Below are positions 10,901 through 22,350 of a stretch of 64,000 bases of DNA, in pieces. The translations under genes and the position numbers were made by a program. Position 1 is the stretch's first letter. The number at the start of each line of letters is the position of its first letter. Source of the DNA: Azolla caroliniana (taxonomy: Eukaryota > Plantae > Polypodiophyta); assembly GCA_043228905.1 (NCBI GenBank), contig JBHGNT010000002.1:9238001-9302000 (forward strand), read 5' to 3'. The notes beneath the pieces are model-generated. The model searched no databases. It was not told where the DNA came from and saw nothing but the letters and a program-made list of their open reading frames with translations.

Positions 10901-13422
10901 GTCGAGAGACTGATGTGGCATTGGGCCACAGACGTCCGAGTGGACCAAATCGAGGGGACTTGATTCTCTTGGTGCTGATGGCGGGTGTGATGTGGCTACC
11001 TGTTTGCCATACTGGCAATGCTCACAGAATTGGTGATCCGAGAAGGAGAGTTTGGGGATGTAACCGGCTCTGGATAGGTGCGTTATGCCGGCCTTGCTGA
11101 GGTGTCCAAGTCGTCCGTGCCATAACAATGACACGGGGATATGAACCAAAAATAAGTCACCCTCTTTGAGTGTGACAAATAAGGGGTACAAAGAGTGTAC
11201 CTTTGGTCCTCGAGCAAGCAGGAGGTTCCCTTTGTGGAGTGTCCACCCTCCTTATAAGAACCCGGCACGGATGCCGGCTTCGTCAAGTTGTCCGACTGAG
11301 ATCAAGCGTCCTGAAAGCTCAAGAACGTGTCGGACGTTGTGTAGTACGAGTGTAGAGCCTCCCGAAAGATTGAGCTCTACGGTGCCGATTCTGATTATGG
11401 CACAGTGCTGCAAGTTTCCAACTCGAACTGAATCGGAGTGCCGATCCGAGTATTGCCGAAACTGAGATCGGTGAGGCGTCACATGATACGATGCGCCCGA
11501 GTCTAGGAGCCATGTGCTCGATTCCTCAATCGTAAGCAGAACTTCTGATTCGACTAGGTTCTCTATGGACATTATGTTCGGGTCGGTCGTCAAAATTTCA
11601 GCTGAAGAGCCGACGTAGTTGACCTCCTCATGCCGGCTACTCTTTTGATCCGCTCTCTGAGCTTTGTCGGTTTTTTCTTTGAGTGCCCGACAATCGGCTT
11701 TGATGTGTCCCGGTTTTAGTTGCAAATTTGGTTGTCCCGGGACTTGCTCCGGCTTCGCTGATTGTTCGGCGGTTGGGAAGAACTTCTTCCCCGGTTGTTC
11801 GATCAGTCGGTCGGACCTTGTACTACGTAAGCTTCATCTGCCAAGTCTTTGGCAAAAGACTTTCTCCGAGCTGCTTCAGTCAAGATTGCGCTCGTGACTT
11901 CGGAGTACTTAACGGCAACTATTGAAGCATTGCACACGGTTGTAACGAAAGTTTCCCATGAAGAGGGGAGACTACTCATGAGTATCATTGCTCTGAGTTC
12001 ATCCTCAATTGTCGTCCCCTGAGATGAGATTTGGGAGCTTATGCTTTCGTACTCGTTGAGGTGTGCCTGAACCGAATTGGATTCTTTCATCCGCAAGTTG
12101 TAGAGGCACCGGATCAAATACATCTTCATTGCGGCAACCTTCTTTTCATAAGTTTTCGACGGTGTTTTCCAAAGTTCAAACGTTGTCGTGCATGATTGCA
12201 TTGTGAAGTACACTGACTCCGACAAGTGCATCCAAATCGTGGGGCGGACGATTTTGTCTAGCTTTAACCACTTGTTTGCCTTGTATGCTTTTGGAGGATT
12301 TTCATTCTCAATCGGGTCTATCTGACCCTTGACTATGAGATAGTCTTGCATTTGTTCCTTCCAGAAGTTGAAGTTCGAACCGTCGAACCTCCTTAGACTC
12401 ATCTCCGATGAGCCGTATGTTGATGCCATCTGCTTCGGTTTCGGTTGGTAAGACTTGGTTCGGAGTTGACTACGAACCTTAGTGGGGTGCAGCCGGTCGG
12501 CTCACCCGATATCGTTCTAGTCGGTTTTGAACCTGAGTCGGTTTGGTTTCGGATACTTGTTGCTGAACTTGCTCGGAGTGACTCCAGTAACTTGAGGGAC
12601 AGAACCGGCTGGTCTTCCCGAATGTTGCCGAATCGGAGTGAGCCCGGTTAGCATCCGATTGTATGCTGAATACCGATTACACGAAACCGATTGTTTGGGC
12701 CGATTCTGCTTCGGATGACTGCAACGATGAGAGGGACGGATCCAACTGATCCTCCCGAATGTCGATCAGCCGAGTGAAGCACAAAGTGGTTGTTGCCAGG
12801 AGACCAATCTGCAGCGGGTGGTTACAGCAAGCGGGTGAATAGCGTCCAGTGACCTATTCGGATGTTGTTTAACCGAATGAAGCACAATTGGGTCGGTTGT
12901 TGCTCAAGGAGCTCCCCTCAAGCGGTTACAATCACAGGAATAGAGTACAGCCAACTGGCTTACTCCAATTTGTGATTTAACACAGTGAGATGCGAGCTTC
13001 TTCTTCTTTTTCTTTCTTCCTTCTCTGTTGTTTTTTTCAAAGAAAATGAAAACAGAATGTTGTGTTGTGCGATGACAGCCGACAGTGGCTTGAAGAACCT
13101 CCAACACTCTGATACCAAATGTTGTGTACAAGTCTGTCAATGCGGAAGTGTAAGCAACATTCGTGATGAAGAAGAACTTGTGTATGCATGAGCAAGATAG
13201 ACACAGAGGGAGAGAGGGAGAGAGAGAGGCACAAAGTAAAACGTTATATTCCAAATAGCAACAGTTACAAATGACAACCAACCTTCATTAAAGGTTACAA
13301 AGTCACTTTATATAGTGACTATCCTAGGGCAACTACCCTTTATGCTATTTACAGAAATAGCCCGAACTTGGGCTATCCAAAGGGACAGTGTGAATATGAC
13401 CATTATACACTCGTATTCGACA
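7913..13422 (-). mobile_element. Full-length Ty1/copia element A (decayed)
   Basis: 303-bp LTRs at 7913-8215 and 13120-13422 (TG..CA, about 13 mismatches by hand) with TSD CAATG (7908-7912 and 13423-13427). PBS TGGTATCAGAG (iMet) at 13107-13117; PPT next to 8216. Confidence 0.96.
8416..12429 (-). pseudogene. gag-pol of copia A (gag, PR WLLDSGA, IN, RT YVDD, RNase H), frameshifted
   Basis: Fragmented ORFs 11803..12429, 11252..11725, 10751..11191, 9830..10633, 9533..9724, 8986..9396 and 8416..8961 fall in copia domain order. Confidence 0.93.
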
Positions 13423-14037
13423 CAATGGACCCAAATACATATAGGACCATTATGATAGGTCATACGCTCGCTAAATTATATGGTGCATTAATGGAACTAG
13501 AGCTCAACGATTATATGAAAACCTTAAGCCTTCGAGCACGTAAGCAAGCTAGCTTTAGAAGAACCTTCTCCACTATTGACGATATCTTCACACTTAGATG
13601 CTTAATTAACCAGACGAAGGCTCGCAAGAAGAAACTATATTGTTGTTTTGTGAACTTCCGCAAAGCCTTTGACACAATTCCTAGGGAGCGGTTGTTTGGT
13701 AGGCTTAAAAGCTTGGAGATACCAAATGGCTTGATCTGGGCCATCTATACTCTATATGAGCAAGTCTTTGGGTGACTAAGATGCCCAGGTGGCCTATCCA
13801 ATCGCTTCACCCAAACCATTGGTGTAAAACAGGGTTGCCCCGTATCACCGACTCTTTTTGGGATCTACATTGATGAGATCACTGATTTTATTGCTTGTAA
13901 GGGAGGCAACGGAGTAGCCATTGGGGGTTACATGCAATTTAGTCTCGTACTCTACGCAGATGACATAGTTTTGCTCTCAAAGTCTGAGCACGACCTACAA
14001 AAGCACTTTAATGTCCTACATGACTTTTGCACGCTAC

Positions 14038-14387
14038 TATCACGGACGAGTAGATGAGGCTTAATACTAAGAGAGAGAGAGAGAGTGTGTGTGTGAGAAT
14101 AGACAAGAGAACAAGAATTGAATTATGCTTCCGTAATTGGTGTTGTGCACCTTGACTAAGGCCAAGGTGAACCCCTGTATTTATACATGTTTGTGGGATC
14201 TAAATGTAGTTCCATGCAGAGACTCATTTTCATGCACAAGCTTCTAGAGCTTTTTGGAAGCTTCTAAAATCTCCTACACGTAGAATTGATAATCTACAAT
14301 AATCTATAAAAGTAACATGACCATGTATTGGATGTGTTGGCTAAAACATATCAATTGATTATAATAAAATAGGTCAAGAGTTCGAAT
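14038..14387 (-). mobile_element. Solo or truncated LTR related to the 4319 LTR, inserted into the LINE RT
   Basis: Removing it restores the LINE peptide HDFCT-QRGLVVNL. On the - strand it shares GATTCGAACTCTTGACCT (vs GACTCGAACCCATGACCT), TCTAGAAGCTT, a TATA box and a CT-rich tail with the chromovirus LTR. Possible TSD CTAC/CAAC. Confidence 0.7.
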
Positions 14388-15428
14388 CAACGAGGACTGG
14401 TAGTGAATCTAGCGAAAACTAAAGTCTTGATCTTTCATACATCGTCTCAAGTTAGGAGTAAATGTAACCTAATCCTCTCTCATAAACCAATTGAGGTAGT
14501 TGGATCGTATGTATATCTGGGAGTCACTTTTAGTGCTCATTCAAGTAAATTCTCGATAAGTAAGCATCCAAAGAGAGGCTAACAAGAGGGTATGCATCCC
14601 TCTCACTCTTAGAGAGACAATGCCACCACGCATACTTTCAAGAGCCACGGACTAAGGGGTGGCTCTTTGACTCATTAATGCATCAGTAGTATCGGCTCTA
14701 GGTCTACCATCTTTCATGTGGACACAATTAGAGAGACCTTCGGTGACAATGTTATCATGTCAACTCCAAAGCAAATCGACCGTACTACATGACATTATTA
14801 GAGCAAAGTTCAGTTTGCCCCTAATGTTAGTAGAAGCACTTTTCCAACTAGTAGTTTTTATTCATGGGACACATAGCCAACCACAAGATAGGATATCCCG
14901 TCAAGCTTTTGAGGCATCCCGATCCCTATATACGTCTGAAGATATTAGCTCTTGGTATAGCACTGTAGTGAGTTGGTTACTTGCAAATGGCATAGACATT
15001 AATAGTTCCTACCTCCCCTTAAGTATAACCATGGGATTTATCAAACTTTAATATCTCATGAGGACCGTAATAAAGTAATACGCCAAGAAATATGGCAAAT
15101 TTATAGCCGATATAAATAGATCACCCCACGAGAGCCACTCCCATCTAAAATGTTGTACTATAAGGAACACTTCATGCACTTCTCTAAGTTAGGTTTTATT
15201 ACACAACCATGAATATCTAGATACATTCTTATCAAATGCACTAAGGGTGGCTATTGGACAACTTGGGATATCATCTCACCAACTTGAGATTGAGAATGGT
15301 TGTGCTAATAGAGTCCCTAGAGAGGAAAGACTATGTAGGTTATGTCACATAGAGATAGAGGACGAGTATCACTTTACATGCAATTGTCCAACTTATACCG
15401 AGATAAGGGCGAAATACCAAGACATAAG

Positions 15429-15508
15429 CATACATACATACATACATACATACATACTATACATACATATACATACATATTCGAATGTGGATACATACAT
15501 ACATACAT
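15429..15508 (+). repeat. (CATA)n microsatellite at the LINE 3' end, about 100 bp upstream of the HIT-CCCH gene
   Basis: Direct reading of the sequence. Confidence 0.9.
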
Positions 15509-15613
15509 AACATTGTTTACCATAGATATGATATCCCCTCCTCTTGTAGTAGTAAAGTAAAAGAAAGACCTTATCATCAAGAAGGGAGGAAGTGAAGGAA
15601 GTGAAGGAAGGCT

Positions 15614-16842
15614 ATGGCTCTGCTGCAACACAGCTTATCTCTGGACCATTCAGGAAGCTTCAGGTGTATCGTTCTCAGATCCATCTCTTCTCCAAAGAAG
15701 GTAAAGGGAAAAGAAATGCATAAAGGAATCCCACCCATATATTAAACTGCCGAATTTCCCCTGTTCTTGAGAGAGGAAGAGAGCGATTTCTTTGTGTTTT
15801 CTCCATTGCTGCATGCGTATGTGTATATAAGAAACTCTTAACACAGGACTCGTCTTTTTTCTTTTTTTTGTTTTTGTTTTTTTTTTTCTTTCTTTGTTAA
15901 CAGAGTAATGCAGGATGGTTTAGTACCTGTTCTAGTAATTGCAAACTAGTTGTTTTCTCAGTCACAACTGTGATCAAGCCAACAGTAAGAAAGCCATGCT
16001 TGCCGACTGCAGGGCTACTGTCGAAGCCCACCACTCTCATCACTGAGAGGCTGATCTGTACAGACCTTCTAGCTGGGCATAAACTAGAATTTAGATATGC
16101 CAAACAGCCCTCTAAAGACTTTTGTGAATTTATAGAAACTACCCCTAAGCAAGAGGTTGCAGCCTTCTTTCGAGATATCGCCAGTGAATTGGAAGTTTAT
16201 CGACAACTCGAAGATTACCATCTCAAAGTGCGGGATGACATTGGTGACTTTCGGGTAGAGGTCCATTTCGGGGATGAGGAAAGGTGTGGACCTGAGCCAC
16301 GACTGGATGGACGATGCATCCTATGTGAACCCGATGTCAATCTGTTCCTCGGACAGACACCCGGGATGGCATCGGGTGAATGTGTAATGCCGGAATTCTC
16401 TAGGAATGATAATGAGTATGATAATGATGATGGCCATCATGAACCCTATGCTGTGGCTCGATTGGACTACAAAGGGAGGTGTGGATTTTCCATCACTCCT
16501 TCGAGACATGTCCAAAAGATGAGCGAGTTGAATGATGAAGAGCTCTTTGCATTGTGGCATGTTGCTGTCAAGGTTCTTCGGGCCTCGAATGTCCCTTTCA
16601 TCAGTATGATTCTCAACCAGGGCACGTATCGAACTCTCGACCATTTAGTTCTTAAAGTGTGGATAGAGAATTATCTTCATGAGCTTTACCGGTCCACTTG
16701 GTCCCAGGAAAGGAAAGATACTTGGGCTCGGTTGCAAAAGCTTGCATTGAATCGGCCTAAGAAGCAGAGAGTTTGCTTTTTCTTCCGAAGGAATAACTCA
16801 TGTCGGCATGGTGATTTTTGCAGCTATTTGCACGAGAGCTGA
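15614..16842 (+). CDS. HIT-like domain + C-terminal CCCH zinc-finger protein; join(15614..15700,15904..16842), 341 aa
   Basis: ATG at 15614, donor AAG|GTAAAG at 15701, and a polypyrimidine/CAG acceptor at 15903 in frame with ORF 15970..16842. HIT-fold motifs CILC, ITPSRHV..MSEL..EEL and LNQG...LDHLVLKV; C-x8-C-x5-C-x3-H at the C-terminus; Ser-rich N-terminus. Confidence 0.8.
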
Positions 16843-18644
16843 ACCTGTAATAGTATTTCATTAACACCCACAAAAAAAAATTCATCTTGAAGGAGAAGAT
16901 ATATCTATCTTGGTGTTATTGCAAGGAATCTGCTGCAACTTATTGTGTGTTGGCCATGGCATGGTTCAAACTCCAACAGGCCCTTTTTTAGCACCAAGTG
17001 GCCATTATTTAGCACCAAGATTCAAAATGTTTGTGTAAAGCCTATATTTCAAGGATGGTAAAATTTGTTGTTCATTTTCTTCTTGTTATTATAAAAGCAT
17101 TTTGTAAAATATTTAGAGCTTCTAGTTTCGTTTGTAATAATTGAATATCATTTTAAGAATCTTGAGGCTAAGGATATTCTTTCTCTATGATATATTGGAA
17201 TCCATTGCTTTGTAAGTTTGCTGGCAATGGTTTGGATTTGTTTAACCAGAGCTTGATCGCCACTATTTTAGCATTGCCCGTCTGAAGTGGTAGTAATCTA
17301 TTGTTTCAAGAAATCCTTAGTCATCACCATGCCCAATATTTATGAAGTGGGTATTGTAGCTCTTTCACTTCAATAGATTATCACAAATTCTTCCACATTG
17401 TTTTTGGGTTTGTAAAGGTTAAATTGTCGTTAAGTCTGCAAAATGAGATGATGATGATGACAGTTTGCTTTTTCATTTTGGATTGGGATTTTTGGTGTTT
17501 AAAGTGTTCCTCTAAGAGTAATCTGATTATGAATATAGATGTATACTTTCTGGGGAGTAAAAATTTAGGATTCAAAGTGTCATTAAGTTTTCTTTGACAG
17601 TAGCAGTATTTTGGATATATGATTTTACATTGGAAATTTAGATAAATCACGGTCGGTTTTTATATTCTCGTGATACCTTTTGACATCAATCCAATGTTAT
17701 ATTTGTAAGTAGGTTTTGTATAGACAATAGAAAAACTTTTCAAACACCCAGCATAAACTCCTTACCTTATGTCTAATGACCATGATAAATTTGTAAGAAT
17801 TGCACATTTTCACAATTTCCAAAGTCTTGTGGTGATGAAAGACATTGTGAAGGAAACATATCCCAATAGGTATGCAACCATGATTGTCATAACATCTGGA
17901 TTACTTCAATATCTTTACAGTCTTCTTAGGAAGAAAAATCAAGCTTTCATTGAGCGTGCATTGTCTTAAAGATGGCATCTTAACTCACATACATCACCAT
18001 TTTTACATAGATGTGAAATACTAAACATAAATACGCGTACAACACATATGGTAAGTATTTCAAAAGTATTCTATTGTTTATAAAAAAAAATTGAATTTGT
18101 AATCTAAATATAAAAGATGTCGAATACGTTAAAAACTTCTCATATTTGTATTGCATCAAACAATTGGTTTATTTTTACCAAAAACACACCGCTTCGCATT
18201 AGTTAGCAAACAAAATACATCAAAGTTCAACAATTAAGATCCACAAGGCCTAACCTTAGAGAGATCTATGTATCCAACAACTCCAAAAGCCAACAACAAA
18301 TTCAGCAAAACTCATGTTGTCGTTCCCTCACAAATCTGATCATAATCCCCACCCCTTCATTTACAACAAAATTATCCCACCTACTCTTTTACAACAAAGT
18401 TATCCGGGTACCACAACTATGGTAACTTACTTGTACCACAACTATACATATTTACGTCTCATGTCCACTAATGGGAACCATTGGTGGAAATAGCCACCTG
18501 GGTACTTGGTAGTTCCATTTAGGCCCTGTCGAAGATTTGACCATCATTAGGCGAACCACCCCATTTCACTTGAAACTTTGACCGTGCCCTTTCTGCTTTG
18601 TTCAATTCCCCTTGTCATACTGTTCGCGCAGTCGGGATACCAGC

Positions 18645-19096
18645 TAACAAATCGGCAACGGTTTGGTTTGAACCGAACCGAACCACAAAACCGCGGCTTA
18701 ACGGTTTAAACAGTTCAGTTCAGTTTCAGGTTTTAAAAAATGGTTTGGTTCGGTTTCAATAGTTAAACCCATGGTTTAAACGGTTCTTTTTTTTTTAATT
18801 TGCTTTTTAAAATTCTAAAACAAATTTAAAAAAATTGTTTTTTGATAATCTTTTCATTTTCATGCCTTATTCTCACATTTTGGGAAAAAAATAATTTTTA
18901 AAATTTTAAAATTTTAAATTTGACCTAAGCTGAAAACCAAACCGAACCATGAAACCATAGTTTTACAGGTTTAATGGCTTAACAGTTTGAAAAATAATAA
19001 TTTAATGGTTCGGTTTCATGGTTCGGTCCGTTTCAGGTTTCAACATCTCTAAACGGTTCGGTTTCAAACCGGAAACCGAACCATTGCCGATTGTTA
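18645..19096. mobile_element. Non-autonomous hAT element (MITE), 452 bp
   Basis: TIRs TAACAAATCGGCAACGG and CCATTGCCGATTGTTA, 8-bp TSD ATACCAGC (18637-18644 and 19097-19104), and many subterminal AACCG/CGGTT motifs. Confidence 0.9.
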
Positions 19097-19508
19097 ATAC
19101 CAGCTTGAACCAAATATCTAGCAGCACCTCGCCGCTTGGGAACTTTTGTTGTTGAGAAACAAACTTACAACACCTGATCCAAATTTGCCAGACCAATAAG
19201 CACACCACCACCATCCATATTTCCTCAAAAAATGCAAAGTTTGTGCTAGGTCACACTCCAACACATTGTTGGAACACGCTACCACCCTAAACCCTAAACC
19301 GAACCATTGCCGATTGTTAATACCAGCTTGAACCAAATATCTAGCAGCACCTCGCCGCTTGGGAACTTTTGTTGTTGAGAAACAAACTTACAACACCTGA
19401 TCCAAATTTGCCAGACCAATAAGCACACCACCACCATCCATATTTCCTCAAAAAATGTAAAGTTTGTGCTAGGTCACACTCCAACACATTGGAACACGCT
19501 ACCACCCT
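19073..19508. repeat. Tandem duplication (about 216 bp) of the hAT right end plus its flank, with a 7-nt filler
   Basis: Copy 1 is 19073-19288, filler AAACCCT is 19289-19295, and copy 2 is 19296-19508. The copies are nearly identical. Confidence 0.92.
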
Positions 19509-20256
19509 GCACTATAAATCCATGTCCCTCTGGATTTAACTATTCCGGCCAGCCTTGCCTTGTTAATATCAAACCCTATAAGGACCCCCACACAACTTTC
19601 CCATTCACACCACAAGCTGCCACGATCTTGAGATTTCAATTTTTTACGCCAAATGTTAATCGCCTTTGCACAATTCTAAAAACAGTGAGGGATCAATTCC
19701 AAAGTGTGTCCACATAACTTGCAACCAGCCTCCCCATCACGACACCTCATCCACTCCCCTATAGATATCGCCTTATGGCTACAAAGCCACAACCAAACCT
19801 TTATTTTTTCTAGCATATCCAACGCCCATAGCCTCCTCCAAAATGACTTCAAGAAGTCATCTGATATGCCTTTATCCCTCCAACTATTGCGAGTCTGAGT
19901 AGCACCCACTAATTTGGATCCAATGATTTGCCTTACTAGCTTAGTATTGTACTCAAAAAACCCTTGTAGTTTGTTCATACCTCTAGTGGATCCCACTCCA
20001 TCGAACAATTGTTTTACTAAATCTCTCTATTATACAAGTATCACACACGGAAGTTCATGTCATGAAGAAATTGTGCCAAAAACGTTTCTCAATGAACAAA
20101 CCACTTCACTCAGAAGAAAGTGTTTAGGCCAAATTCTTATTGTTATTGAATTTTCTCTTAGGAAATGTAAAATGCTTGTAAACACATAGAATACTGAGAA
20201 CATCTTGAAATGAAAATGCTAAAATACGTGTTAAATACTTATGTGTATTTAATATA

Positions 20257-20260
<4 letters not shown>

Positions 20261-20298
<38 letters not shown>
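20261..20298. repeat. (TG)19 microsatellite
   Basis: Direct reading of the sequence. Confidence 0.95.
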
Positions 20299-20302
<4 letters not shown>

Positions 20303-22350
20303 ACCACATTGGCATTATTTTACGTGAAACTTGCATTTTGTTAATAGCTTGAAATACTTTAAAACACTTCTATATATTCAAAGTTCTCATGGTAAACCAC
20401 CACAAAACTAGAACTTCGCAATATTGCAACATCTAAAGTTACCACAAGGTCTCGAAGTAATGCAAGGTTCCATAGAACTTTTTGTTCCCAAGAGGGGTGT
20501 GTGTGTGTGTGTGCTTGTATTATATTAATGAAAAATTGAAACTAGAGCACAAAAGTCGATGTGAAGCCAACTAATATAGCTTTCCCTAAATATGAATTAT
20601 ACATCAGCCAATCCAGTTAGCAAAGTCAACAAGTATACCATAAATATTAAAGCTGATTAAATTCCATCTTTGGGATTCATATTCTCACATTAGTTTGTCA
20701 TAATATGGGGCATGGGCCTTCGTCATGTCAACTTATGGGCCGAAAGTCCAACACAATTAGTTGGGTGGGTAAATAACCTATCTTTGTAAACATGTCTCTC
20801 AACCCTTACTTGTCTCAATTGCAATTTGTTGGCCAATAAGAAATGTAAAGAGTACAACGTGCATGTGAACCACAAATTCAAAAGATGGGCCCATGTCTAA
20901 GAAAATGTGTGAAACCTCCTTTAAGGAGGTGGGATTTCATTCATAGAGGTAAGTAGTTGTCCTTCTCTTGCCAACTCTTTCTTCGGCATTGGGCATTGTC
21001 ATTTTTTCTTAGTGAAATCAAGAAATGTTTTCCTTGTTTGAACATACCTATCAATGTCTAATGATTTCAATCATTTAATGACACTTACCGTTACATCGCA
21101 ATCATTTGAAACATTTACTATTTGTTACTTTACATGATCGAGGAATGTTTTCTTTTTATCAATCCATTGAATTACATGGCCATGCTTGAAATAATAGGAA
21201 ATTGTAGTAAAAAGCCTGAAATTAACTAGATTCCTTTTTTGTGCTCATGCCTTGAAATATTAGGAAACATCGACTTCATTTTTGCAAGCATTGTGCTCAC
21301 GAAGAGTATGTATGGTTCACTAGTTCGATCTTTTCTTAATTTCTCTCTTTTTCTCTTGCATCTATTCTTAAACCCTATTCCCTAAGGCATGCACGTGAAG
21401 GTTTAGGTTTTTGTTTTGGTTTCACCTTGTTTGTACGAAGTCCTTACAATTTTATTGAATGCAAGATCAAGGACATATCATGACAATCATCCTCGTACAA
21501 GAAAAAGAGAGTAAAAAATTAAATATGCACATTGTGTAGTGATATCCCATTTGTTTCACTACTAAGAATCAAAATATATTGGTAGACGAGGGCCTAGTTG
21601 GGAAATAGAAAGTGTCAACAAGGAGAGCGTTCCATAAGAACATGAACCCATATACAATCATGGAGCCAAGTTTCTAGCAACATCTTGTAGATTAAACTAT
21701 TCAATCATATTCATGTTTTTCCGTTCTTTTGTTTATAATGATCCTTAAGGGTTATGTAGATGCTTATTAAGATATAACAATCTCTATATCTTAGAAAATT
21801 TACCAAACTAGTTACGAACCTAGAGTTTACAATCTTGTAAGGTCATAGATCGAACAATTCTACATTTCCCCATGGCATTCATTGTTCCGAACCTAACCTG
21901 GAACCTCTCCTCATAGCCTTCGTTGTTGCAAACCCCACCTAAAACAAGCATGATAGATTCTAGTCACAACAATGCAGAAATAGGTCAAGATCCAATAAAC
22001 ATTTCAGAAAAAAAAAACCAACAAGATGCTCAATTAGGTCATATGGATTTTGTTTGTATAGTAATTTATTATTGATCATTTTCCACTTTTGAGTAGCACT
22101 TGTTCACTAACTCAAAGCAATCCACATTTCACCAACTCACATGGAAGACCCAAAACCCCGTATTGCATATATTACTCATTCATTTGTTATATATAACATA
22201 GGTGGCAGCTTATGCATACACAAGTTCACACAAAAATGCTTAGCAAATGTATAAAAGGCAAAAAAAGGGCATACAACAATGAGCTATGCAAAGGTTTTGC
22301 CTCCAAAAGGAATCGATTGTTGTGCCTATTCACACTAGTTGTCGTGAGGC

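Larger units (their letters stand above)
7440..15428 (+). mobile_element. Degenerate non-LTR retrotransposon (RTEX/RTE-like LINE), interrupted by copia A and a solo LTR
   Basis: The RT reads across the copia insertion (IHKGGDPM-DPNTYRTIMIGHTLAKLY), with further motifs NFRKAFD, GVKQGCP.SP.LF and YADD near 13950. A C-terminal CCHC motif ERLCRLC...EDEYHF..NCPTY lies at 15320-15400. The 5' boundary is approximate. Confidence 0.85.
18290..20080 (-). mobile_element. 3' fragment of an L1-type LINE (zf-RVT region), degenerate
   Basis: ORF 19676..20008 encodes W..LW......KIKVWLWL...K.I......CKLC....E...HCF, the zf-RVT pattern. Boundaries are approximate. Confidence 0.7.

Noticed and set aside
8619-12651. 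Many + strand ORFs over copia A (and over copia B at 42273-45664)
   Set aside because: These are antisense or alternate-frame shadows of GC-rich gag-pol with no recognisable motifs.
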